Shown here piece after piece: positions 53,456-64,000 of a stretch of DNA of 64,000 bases; positions within the stretch are counted from its first letter, which is position 1; each line of letters opens with the position of its first letter. The position numbers and the translations under genes are program-made. Origin of the DNA: Octopus sinensis (Eukaryota); the NCBI RefSeq assembly GCF_006345805.1, contig NC_043021.1:14074001-14138000 (forward strand), read 5' to 3'. A model generated the notes under the pieces. That model saw only the letters and a program-made list of their open reading frames with translations. It had not been told where the DNA came from and ran no database searches.

Positions 53456-54030
53456 TTAAAATATACCTATGTTTACAAGCATGAAGGTTAATAATTCAAA
53501 AATATAATAATATAATAAAAGCAAAAGCAAAATTCATATAGATAAAATAATTAAGTAAAGAAAAATTACAACGATCGTAAAATGTTCTTATGGATCTCTA
53601 ATAATATTAATCTAAAGATATTTTAATTGAAAATAATCAATGCCCATTTTATTATATAATAAGATCTATATAATATGTTAAGAATTTATGGTGAAGTAGG
53701 AAATATATTTTATTTAAAACTACTATATACTATGATGAAAAAAATAAATAGGGATATATTTTATTCAGACACTAAATTCATTAAAAAACATTTTTTAATC
53801 AACAAAATTCATTCACTCAATAGTTTCTACTAAATACACCAATGTTAAACAAATGTATAAAGTTACGGTTATTATAGACTATACTATTTCTTATATAAAA
53901 AGATAATAATATATAAATAAAATATCAGAATTTTACTTAGTTTTATGAGTCAAAACAAATTGTTTGATTTATATTTGTTTTAATTATTTGTTATATTAAA
54001 TTACATCTTTTTATAGTATAATTATATTAT

Positions 54031-54307
54031 TGTTTGTTCCTTCTCGAGCCTAGCCTGGCTCATAGGGCTGGTTTCCCGGTTTCCTTGGTGTATAAGTTCC
54101 CCACCTGGACGGGATGCCAGTCCGTCGCAGGTGAGTGAGAGAAAGTTGTGGCGAAAGAGTCAGCAGAAGTTCACCATTATTTTGCTGGAGCCGCGTGGAG
54201 CTTAGGTATTTCACTCATAAACACACACATCACCTGGTCTGAGATTCGAACCCGCGATCCCTCGACCACGAGTCCATTACTCTAACTACTAGGCCATGTG
54301 CCTCCAC
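54031..54307 (-). mobile_element. tRNA-derived SINE with V-domain-like core and 13-bp TSD
   Basis: Reverse strand: A box tggcctagtagttag, B box ggttcgaatc, core cctgcgacggactggcatcccgtccagg. TSD ataattatattat at 54018-54030 and 54308-54320. Confidence 0.88.
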
Positions 54308-54320
54308 ATAATTATATTAT

Positions 54321-54948
54321 CCCGGCAGGACAAGTGAGTCCATAACCCGTGGCCTTCTACATGGGATGGAGCCAGCCTACGTATGCATACCTTCCCTTCT
54401 TGGGACACAAAACTCTACTTGTGAAGACGTGTTGAGGCAAGTGAGGATCAGAATCGAAATCGATCAATGGAAATTGCGGATGTGCTACCAGTGCCGGTGG
54501 CATGTCGAAACTCTGCTTGTGAAGACCCGTTGAGGCAAGTGAGGATCAGAATCGAAATCGATCAATGGAATCGATCAATGGAAATTGCAGATGTGTTACC
54601 AGTGCCGGTGGCATGTAAGAGAACTTTCCGTTTCGCGACCGTTGCCAGCACCGCCCCGTTTCGTGTCCGTTGCCAGCCTCGCCTGGCCCCTGCCGGTGGC
54701 ACATAAAAAGCACCATCCGTTCGTGGCCGTTTGCCAGCTCTGTCTGGCACCAGTGCGCGGTGGCACGTAAAAAGCACCCACTACACTCACGGAGTGGTTG
54801 GCGTTAGGAAGGGCATCCAGCCGTGAAAACTGCACTGCAGATTTTGACTGGGCCTGATGAAGCCTTCTGGCTTCACAGACCCCAGTAGAACCGTCCAACC
54901 CATGCTAGCATGGAAAACGGACGCTAAACGATGATGATGATGATGATA
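54321..54948 (+). mobile_element. RTE LINE 3' end (last codons RQDK* plus full 3'UTR and (GAT)n tail)
   Basis: Nearly identical to the reverse complement of 37094-37700. Confidence 0.95.
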
Positions 54949-55329
54949 ATGTAAATAAATTTTTAATATGGTGATTGTATTTCTCTATTTCCTTTAATAT
55001 TTATATATGTGTAGATATGCACACACGCATATATATATATTGTGTGTGCTTATGTGTATGTGTGATATGAACAAATGCTTATGACTGTTTACAATAGAAT
55101 ACTATTGATAATTTATGTTAGCTGCCATCCATAAATTACCACCACCAGCACCACTGCCACCACCACCATTTTCCTTCTTTGATTTATCATAGAAAGCGAG
55201 AAAGACCAAGAAATAGACTCTTACGTTAAATTTCTTGCTGTTACCGGCAGCCTGTATTTGTGGCTTGAACGCCTTCTCCAACTGTGTTACACGAAATATA
55301 AATACACACAAGAAATTATACATACATAC

Positions 55330-55402
<73 letters not shown>

Positions 55403-55446
55403 TATATGTGTGTGTGTGTGTGTGTATATATATCTCTCTCTTTACT

Positions 55447-55844
55447 CTCTTTTACTCGTTTCAATCATTTGACTGTGGCCATGCTGGAGCACCACCTTTA
55501 GTCGAGCAAATCGACCCCAGGACTTATTCTTTGTAAGCCCAGTACTTATTCTATCGGTCTCTTTTGCCGAACCGCTAAGTGACGGGGACGTAAACACACC
55601 AGCATCGGTTGTCAAGCAATGCTAGCGGGACAAACACCCAAACACAGACACATACACACATATATATATATACATATATACGACAGGCTTCTTTCAGTTT
55701 CCGTCTACCAAATCCACTCACAAGGCATTGGTCAGCCCGGGGCTATAGCAGAAGACACCTGCCCAAGATGCCACGCAGTGGGACTGAACCCGGAACCATG
55801 TGGTTGGTTAGCAGGCTACTTACCACACAGCCACTCCTGCACCT
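55447..55844 (-). mobile_element. SINE family A, full length
   Basis: Reverse match to the family A consensus. Confidence 0.92.
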
Positions 55845-55967
55845 ATATATATATATATATATATATATAACGGGAAGCTTTATGAAAATAAACAAAAGAC
55901 GAAGGCAGGTGGAAAACAAACGAACAATTGTATTAGTATGGCGCTCAGGAAATATAAATAAAACAAG

Positions 55968-56005
55968 TCTTTAACGTTTCGAGCCTACGCTCTTCAACAG
56001 AAAGA
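55968..56005 (-). ncRNA. Minimal type-I hammerhead ribozyme-like motif, CUGUUGA core variant (best-preserved copy)
   Basis: Reverse strand: tcttt-ctgttga-a-gagc-gtag-gctc-gaaacgtt-aaaga. Stem I 5 bp, stem II 4 bp, GAAAC-GU-H with palindromic AACGUU. Confidence 0.68.
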
Positions 56006-58048
56006 TACACAGAGAGAGAAAAACACAGAAAGAAGGAGAGAAAAAAAATGCGTGCAGTAGCTAACGAATCAACATATATATAATATATATATATATATAT
56101 TATATATATATATATATTATATAATAATATATATTTGTATATAATAGAATAAGAAATAGAAAGTCCTTGGTACAGTATTATATATTTGAAAAAATGTGTA
56201 GAAATAGCTTTCCTGATAATTTTTTCACTTTAATAATTAGATGTTTTATAGTGGAAAAGTTGAGTGGATTTGGTAGACGGAAACTGAAAGAAGCCCGTCG
56301 TATATATGTATATGTATGTGTGTGTATGTGTTTGTGTGTCTGCATTTGTCCCCCCCAACATCAATTGACAACCGATGCTGGTGTGTTTACGTCCCCGTAA
56401 CTTAGCAGTTTGGCAAAAGAGATTGATAGAATAAGTACTAGGCTTACAAAGAATAAGTCCTGGGGTCAATTTGCTCGACTAAAGGAAGTTCTCTAGCATG
56501 GCCACAGTCAAATGACTGAAACAAGTAAAAGAGTAAATATATATATATATAAGTTCAGCAACAATTTAGATTCAAATGAATATGGCACTTAATTTAGATG
56601 CACCAGAATTTTCTTATAGCAGTCAGTTGTAAACAAGATTTTGGTCAGTTGACATCTGAACTACATGACCTCATGTTCCTAAGATTCATATTTACATCTT
56701 TATCTGTATATTTACCTTCCCTAAGATGTTATTGATTTGAAAACTTTATATTATTGGAAAAACCTATATAAAATTAGCTGAAAATTACTCGGCATCTTAC
56801 ATCTGCTGTAATATTTACAGCTTTTAATAAAAACAATTGTACTAAATTACTGGATTCATTCTTGTTGCTTATTTTTTGTATATATATATATATATATACA
56901 CACATACACATACTAGAGTGTTACCCATCAAATGAGGGGATAACTTTAGAAGTATACTTTTGTCACCATGGGTAATATCAAGAAATGCCACATACATACA
57001 ATAATTATAATACAATTTTTATCAAATTTATTGGTGTTTCTGCAAAATAATGAAAGGAAACTAATCTGCAAGAGAAAAATATTTATTACCTTAAAATAAA
57101 TTGAAATCAAATAAACTTTTCATTTGTATATTTGCAATAAACATATGCTATTATTTTTCTAAATTTTATCAAGATAATCATAGTATATTCCACTAGAAAT
57201 GTATCTCTGAAAAATTTCATTAAAATATGTGTAGTTTTCAGAAATTTATCATTGCCTGTCACCGAGCCTTGCACGTGCACTTGTCCTGTACTTCTTATGT
57301 TTTATTGGTATTCTTTCGTTATGACTCGACAGAATCAAAACACTTCAATTCGGCTGTTTCCGTGGAAGCAGTGTCAACTGTCAGTTGACAAAATCGGAGG
57401 AAATAAAGAAAGCTAATGGGTTGTACATGCGTGTGTGCTTGTTCGCTTGTTCTCGTCTGTGTGTGTGTGTGTGTGCGTACGTGCTTGTTCTTATCTGTGT
57501 GCATGTGTGTGTATGTGTGTGTGTTTGTCTCTGTGTGTATCTGTTTTTTTTTATGCCTTTATGTGTTGTGGAATATAGATATAACGAAATTATTTTACAT
57601 ACACACATGAAGCAGGTAAGAACAAATATGCAAGGCTTTTTTTTTTATTTATGTATGTGTATGAGCGTGTGCGCGCGCGCGAGTGACAGAGGGTGTGGGT
57701 GCCCTGGCGCCCACCGGAGCACATAAATACATGACGCTGATAAGGATTATTACGTCTCTTCGTAAAGGCTTTCGGAACGTGCTAACATTATTAGTGCAAG
57801 CTGAGTTATGTACCTTGATAAAAGGTACATAACTCTACAGTTCCAATTTTGTAAAATAAAACTGACAGCTTAGCATTAACATGCGGTAACCAAACCTGTA
57901 TCACTTCGGGTGGAATACATGTTGTGGGGTGGGATAACACACAAACGCAAGCAGTAGAGGGATATGTGTGTATTAAAATTTGTATTCATGTCATGTTATA
58001 CGTAAAAATAATTTAACATTAAACTGAATACTTCTTCAACATAAAATA

Positions 58049-58458
58049 AGGAGTGACTGTGTGGTAAGTAGCTTGCTAACCAATCACATGGTTTCGGGTT
58101 CAGTCCCACTGCGTGGCACCTTGGGCAAGTTCTTCTACTATAGCCTCGGGCCGACCAATGCCTTGTGAGTGGATTTGGTAGCGGAAACTGAAAGAAGCTC
58201 GTCGTATATTATATGTGTATATTTATACATGTATGTGTGTGTATATGTTTGTGTCTCTGTGTTTGTCCCCTCCCCCCAACATCGCTTGACAACCTATGCT
58301 GGTGTGTTTACGTCCCCGTAACTTAGCGGTTCGGCAAAAGAGACCGATAGAATAAGTACTAAGCTTACAAAGAATATGTCCTGGGGTCGATTTGCTTGAC
58401 TAAAAGGCGGTGCACCAGCATGGCCACAGTCAAATGACTGAAACAAGTAAAAGAGTAA
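58049..58458 (+). mobile_element. SINE family A, full length
   Basis: Head to tail match. Confidence 0.9.
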
Positions 58459-58566
58459 ATAGAATATGTATTAATTACGTTTATAAAGAAAAAGTCGAAA
58501 GTTTGTCACCCTCACGAGACTGTGCAAGTAGCCATCAACCCTTTCCGTATCTATTTGCATGTGTGT

Positions 58567-58671
58567 GTGTAAGGACAAGCAAGTTAGGCAACTCGATATA
58601 CAAAAAATATTTAATACAATGTATTTAACATTCTTTGTATATGGATTTGCCTAACTTGCTTGTCTTTACAT
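58567..58671. repeat. Near-perfect inverted repeat (about 51-bp arms, 3-nt loop)
   Basis: 58574-58617 vs rc of 58621-58664: 39/44 identical, loop aat at 58618-58620; pairing extends a further 7 bp. Confidence 0.9.
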
Positions 58672-59089
58672 TTACTCCTCTACCTGCTCAAGTTCAAATC
58701 TCTTGGGCACCACAATGTATATTCTATACAGAGAATGTATTTATGTATGTATGCATGCACGAATGCATGTACGTACGTACGTACGTACGTATGTATGTAT
58801 GTATGTAGGCATGCACGCATGTATGTATGTATGTATGTATTTATGTATGCATGCATGTACGTACGTACGTATGTATGCATGTACGTACGTATGTGTGTGT
58901 ATGTATTCATGCATGTATCTAAACCATGAAAAATCAGGAGATATGAGAGTTGAATATATTTTATTTAACCACTTGACATGCTCAGTGTTACAGCTGTTTC
59001 ACAGCCTTCTGTCTGTCTGTCTGTATGTATGTACGTACGTATGTATGTATTCTTATGCATATAGTTGCATGTCTAGACATGCTCATATA

Positions 59090-59385
59090 TATTTAAATGA
59101 TAAACTTCTGGAACGTTTTAAACACTTTTACAGTTTCGGTGATGAATTGGATCTGTAGTCTTCGAATTATCTTTCTCCTTTCTGGCTTTGAGAAGCCTAA
59201 TTTCTCAAGATTGGTATTTAGGCAGTGTGTTACATATTCCAGGGCTCCGATAATTACAGGCAGAAACCTGAACTTGTAATCCGGATAGATTAACTGAAGA
59301 TTCCTCAATAGTTCAGCATAGGTGTTCTCTTTTTCACTGATCTTCAGCTTTATGTTAACATCCGCTGGACAGCTAATTTCCACAA
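59090..59385 (-). mobile_element. 3' fragment of an RLE-type (R4/Dong-like) non-LTR retrotransposon
   Basis: EISCPADVNIKLKISEKENTYAELLRNLQLIYPDYKFRFLPVIIGALEYV fits the E-x3-P...K-x2-KY...PIVIGALG pattern of restriction-like endonucleases. Confidence 0.8.
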
Positions 59386-59469
59386 TTGTGTACAGTTTAC
59401 AGTTTCTCTTCTCTATCCCAAATCACTATATCAGGTCTGTTGTGCTTATATTTTATTGAGGTCTTCACT

Positions 59470-59722
59470 GGGACAAATGAACCCGACCGCTCTCAAAAGT
59501 TAAGTATAAAAAAAATAATAAAAACGGAAAAAAATAATCCAGAATCCTTTTGTGGTACTGGATCGATCCCCAAATCTAATCATTTCGTGCCAGTCACGAG
59601 GCCAAACATCCCTGAAGGCTTCATCTGAATGCATCCAGCAGTACTTGAGATATCTTGTACACGGACAAACAAACAAACACGACTGAATTAGTACCTCTGC
59701 CTTCGCTAAGGCGGGGGTAATT
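59470..59722 (+). mobile_element. Helentron/HINE-like non-autonomous element, 5'-truncated
   Basis: Homologous to 60280-60533; ends in the hairpin tacctctgcc-ttcgcta-aggcgggggta. Confidence 0.6.
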
Positions 59723-60169
59723 AATTAATTTTGCATTACAACTATTAAGCATTAGGAACCTAGTTATTTAAAAGGAAACAAGTAGCTTGTATAGTCATGA
59801 CACAGTAGCCTCCCTTGTAGTGCGAATGCGTATGGAGGACGCATAAAAACAATCTAAAGAAACAAACGGAATGCTCACAGCTTAAATTGTCTCGATTACA
59901 TGTTTGTTTGACCAGAGATGACCTGGGGTCAAACAGTAATTCTTTTCTCACTTTTTCTGTAGGCTGATACCCTGTCATTTTGGGGAGTGGTGATGGTGGG
60001 TCTAGTCAATTACATCGACCCCACCCCACCCTTACCGGTACTTAATTTAAGTCAACCTCGACGTAATTCGAACTCTGATGGTAAAGAACCGGTGGAAATG
60101 CTGCCAAGCATTTTCTCCGATATGCCAACGATTCTGCGATAGAAAAGAGAAACCTAATAATAATGATAA

Positions 60170-60533
60170 TAACAAGAACACCCAGAGAGCGCAAACCTCC
60201 GCCCAACGATTAGCCAGAAATGAATTTTAAAATGAGAATATCTGAAATAAACTCGACTGCTCTCACAAACGAGAATACTAAAAATGAACCTGACCACTCT
60301 CAAATATTAACTAAAAAAAAAAAAGAAAGAAAAAACGGAAAGATAATCCAGAATCCTTTTTTGGTACCTGATTGATCCCCAAATCTAATTATTTTGTGTC
60401 CGTCACGAGGCCAAACATCCCTGAAAGTTTCATCCGAATACATCCAGCGGTTCTTGAAATATCTTGTCCACGGACAAACAAACAAACACGACTGAAAACA
60501 ATACCTCTGCCTTCGCTAAAGCGGAGGTAAAAA
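60170..60533 (+). mobile_element. Helentron/HINE-like non-autonomous element
   Basis: 5' subterminal acctccgcc complementary to the 3' gcggaggt, plus a 3' palindrome tacctctgcc...gcggaggta. Confidence 0.62.
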
Positions 60534-60588
60534 CGTATTTAGTTATTAGCGAAGGAAGCAATATAAGTATCGAATAGCAATCACTATA

Positions 60589-60878
60589 GGCGCGGAGAGT
60601 GGCTGTGTGGTAAGTAGCTGCGTGGGATCTTGGGCACTTGTGACGGAAACTGAAAGAAGCCTGTCGTATATATGTATGTGTGTGTCTGTGTTTGTCCCCC
60701 TAGCATTGCTTGACAACCGATGCTGGAGTGTTTACGTCCCCGTCACTTAGCGGTTCGGCAGAAGAGACCGATAGAATAAGTACTAGGCTTACAAAGAATA
60801 AGTCCTGGGGTCGATTTGATCGACTAAAGGCGGTGCTACAGCATGGCCGCAGTCAAATGATTGAAACAAGTAAAAGAA
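60589..60878 (+). mobile_element. SINE family A, internally deleted, about 200 bp upstream of EMRE
   Basis: Head and tail conserved, central blocks missing. Confidence 0.88.
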
Positions 60879-61089
60879 TATATCCTATGATGTACAGTAA
60901 GAAAACTCCCGCAACATAAAGACCCATACGAGATGCTTTCTCAAGACGAATACCGCAGTATTACAACGTCCTTACAGCACATCTACGTTAAGTAGGATAC
61001 AAAGATTGCTGACACATTTTGAGTTGTAGAGTTAAGGGAAGCAACTCTGTGAGCAGTTATAAGTGTGTCACTCTTCAGTGCAAACAAAG

Positions 61090-61347
61090 ATGGCTGCCGC
61101 ACCGTGTCGTCGAATTCTTGCTCAGGTGAAGGACAAGTTAAACAAGACCTCTGTACCGGTTCGGACTTCTGTCACCACGACGACCGGAGCAATGCTCAAC
61201 AAACCGCCGGTGACCAAATTCAGTATGATCAAAATCATGTCGACAGTTGTACCGTTTCTCTATTTGGGAGCGACCGTCAGTAGGAAAGGCGCCGCTTTCT
61301 TGGAAGAGAACGATATCTTCGTTCCGGACGACGACGACGACGACTAA
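61090..61347 (+). CDS. SMDT1: Essential MCU regulator, mitochondrial (EMRE), 85 aa
   Basis: aagATGG context; basic, acid-free N-terminal presequence; TTTTGAMLNKP, TM segment VVPFLYLGATVSRKGAAFL and C-terminal EENDIFVPDDDDDD*. These parallel human EMRE TRSGAILPKP / IVIPFLYVGTLISKNFAALLEEHDIFVPEDDDDDD. Confidence 0.96.
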   Translation: MAAAPCRRILAQVKDKLNKTSVPVRTSVTTTTGAMLNKPPVTKFSMIKIMSTVVPFLYLGATVSRKGAAFLEENDIFVPDDDDDD

Positions 61348-61773
61348 AGGACAACAAGCGTCAACAATCACAATAATAATAATAATAGTAACAGCAGCAA
61401 TTAATAATAATAATAAGAAGAAGAACAACAACAACTGAAACAGACTAACGTGGCGATGGTGGAGAGATGGCGTTTGAAACACACCTTTACAGGCCAGAAG
61501 AGCTGGGAACGAAGACTAGCAACAGAAAGCATTCTTGGCATTCTATTGCTAGGCAGATAAGTAATTGTTTTCATGAAAGACGCGCAAGAAGTAAAAAAAA
61601 AAAAAGAAGTCTTAGTGTCACTTTAGTTTATAAAACGTAAATTGCTAACCCTCACTCATGTATATATATATATAAATATATATGCTTTATTGTTTTCCCT
61701 CTTTACTTGGTAGAATAAGCACACGCACCTTTATAAAAACTTTGTACTTTTCGTAAATATATACGTGTATATG

Positions 61774-61805
<32 letters not shown>

Positions 61806-62300
61806 ATATAATATATATATATATAAGGCGTAGACACACACACAAAAGGTATTTATTATTTTCAGTTGGCAGTGGCTTGTGGCTTGACTAGTTTCCAGAA
61901 GTAGTCATGCCACTTTCACCGTGGTTCTATTGAATGTCGGTAATTAGAACGATACTTTTCATGCAAATGTGTGCGTGTGTGTGTTGTGATAGAACAAAAT
62001 AGATGATGCTTCGATCAACAACATCAAAAACAGCGGCAGCAGCATCGATGACCAAACGTAACCGCGGGAAAGAGAAGAAAATACGGGATGACCACGACTG
62101 GATCAAGACTGGGTGGGACTCGACAACAACAATGGAAGAGGCCACATTCGACATGACAACTTCTCGTTTAAACTTGTGTAACTTAATATTTTCTTCTTTT
62201 GTATATGAACGATACTTTCCTTGGTGACATCTTCATTGTATTGTGAAAACATATATAGACACTTGAGAAAATACCTTTATAATAATAATATCTATATCTA

Positions 62301-62379
<79 letters not shown>

Positions 62380-64000
62380 ATGCGTTTTTTTTGTATCCGT
62401 TATTTCGTAGCAAAGTCGTGCTTGGCTGTAAACATTTAACTAATCTTGCAAAAACTACCTGTGCATGTATATAACTGCACACACATACATACATATATAT
62501 ATATATACACACACACATACATATAAAATGAATGTGTGTTTACTGTTATGTAATATATACTTTTTGTATCTTTCTGAAAACAAGTACTCTCTCTCTCTCT
62601 CTATATATATATATATGTATGTATGTATGTATATTTTATATATATTTCCCCACGTTAGTAGTGTGTACATTCTAGAACTTCTAGAAAAAACTTTCTTTTT
62701 CCCTTATTATTTGTTGTATCTGTTTTTCAAATTTATTTTTCAACTTTATCTTTCCTTTTTATTTTTTACAGCTGATAAATATAAATATTTATCCCGGTTG
62801 CGTAGTAACCATATTTTTTTCTTAATCCATTGATACCTGTGTTTACTTTTTAATCTACCGCACCCCATCCCCCCATCGAAAGCTCTTTCAATCACTGTCT
62901 AATCTCTCTGGTTGTCTGGCTCTCTCTCTCCATATATATATACGCCTGTCTTTCTCTGTGCGTGTCTGTCTCTATCTCTTTTTACAATGTCTTTCTCTCT
63001 CTCTCTCTCTCGCTCTCTGACTTTCTAGACCAATAGTTCTTAGAATACAATGCCCTTGTCTTGTCTTCTATGAAGCATGTCACGTGCTATCTGTTTACCA
63101 TTATGTAACAGTATTAGTGGGAATTATTTACTCTAATTACACTGATTACAGCGATGAGGATGCTGTTGGTATTTCGCAGCCAGCGATCGCAGATTCTCAA
63201 ATACACCTTAATTAGTTATGTACCTCACACTAATTAACCCCACCACCACACACACACACACTGCAACACTCAGCATATCAAAATACACGGTTTGTGTGTC
63301 GGGTCGCTCAACTGTGAAATGTCTCACTACTACCATCACTGTTTTTATTACCTACTTTTTTTTTTCTCTTTTTATATAAAATAACCTATTTTTCCCTATC
63401 TCAGCTTTATACCACTAACAACCTTTGGGTAAAGTTTGAATGCCACAACTTCCAATTTCTGCTCCCTTGATTCCTTTTTTTTTTGTTTTTTGTTGTTTTT
63501 TTTTCTTGAGGATGGCGGTGAAATCTTTGGCAATTTGCCTAAACTTGATGAGGAGGAATACAGAGGAACCCTCACACTATCCCCCAAATCAATTGACTGA
63601 CGGGGGAGCATTTTAGCCTACATATTTGTGACATTTTGCCAATGTTAAGAAAGCATTATTATTGAGACACCGGATGAATGAATATATACATATATTTAAC
63701 AATACAACTCATATATACACACCATACACATAAAAATAATATATTAAATATGGCATCTATATGTGTGTATACATTTATATAAATATATAAACGTGTGTGT
63801 GTATGTATGTATGTATGGTTGTTTTTACATCAAGTTCTATTGAAATCAATTTTACATTAAACTGAAGGATTACTTCATGCTTTTTGTTGAGTATATATAT
63901 GTATTTATTCTCTAACAAGAATAGTGTTGATATCACATTGAAGTTATGGCCTGCTTAGCATTCATTGGAGTGTCTGATAAAGGCTAAGCAGACCAAAATT

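Noticed and set aside
54230-54307. tRNA gene
   Set aside because: A and B boxes are present, but they form a SINE head continuing into a SINE body with TSDs; I could not build a cloverleaf. The same applies to the other SINE heads.
61063-61089. GTG-initiated N-terminal extension of EMRE given by the ORF track
   Set aside because: This is a prokaryote-style start call; the ATG at 61090 has a strong context and yields a typical presequence.
61927-62227. Short ORFs on both strands downstream of EMRE
   Set aside because: No recognisable homology or splice support; more likely UTR or intergenic.
63396-63611. Possible exon or start (gaggATGGCG; EDGGEIFGNLPKLDEEEYRG)
   Set aside because: Short, unrecognised peptides, a non-YAG acceptor and an ambiguous strand.

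Overview
AT-rich, microsatellite-saturated animal DNA, most likely from a coleoid cephalopod such as Octopus. This is inferred from the SINE families, the C2H2 array style and the repeat landscape, not from a database hit. The only intact host CDS I recognise is a single-coding-exon EMRE/SMDT1 (mitochondrial calcium uniporter regulator) at 61090-61347 (+). A decayed C2H2 zinc-finger array lies at about 39860-41168 (-). The rest is mostly transposon-derived. It includes dozens of tRNA-derived SINEs from several families, a young 5'-truncated RTE LINE whose RT carries an inserted PHD-type finger, and older RTE relics. There is also a Penelope-like element (GIY-YIG), an R4-type RLE fragment, several Tc1/mariner relics, TTAA MITEs, a tandem composite Helitron and Helentron-like elements. 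The most notable hidden structure is a set of minimal type-I hammerhead ribozyme motifs in short Penelope-type termini ending at or near (TA)n tracts, one family of which has a non-canonical CUGUUGA core. Two long foldback hairpins and a minisatellite born from an RTE coding segment also stand out. Boundaries of degenerate repeats are approximate, and no alignment or folding software was run.
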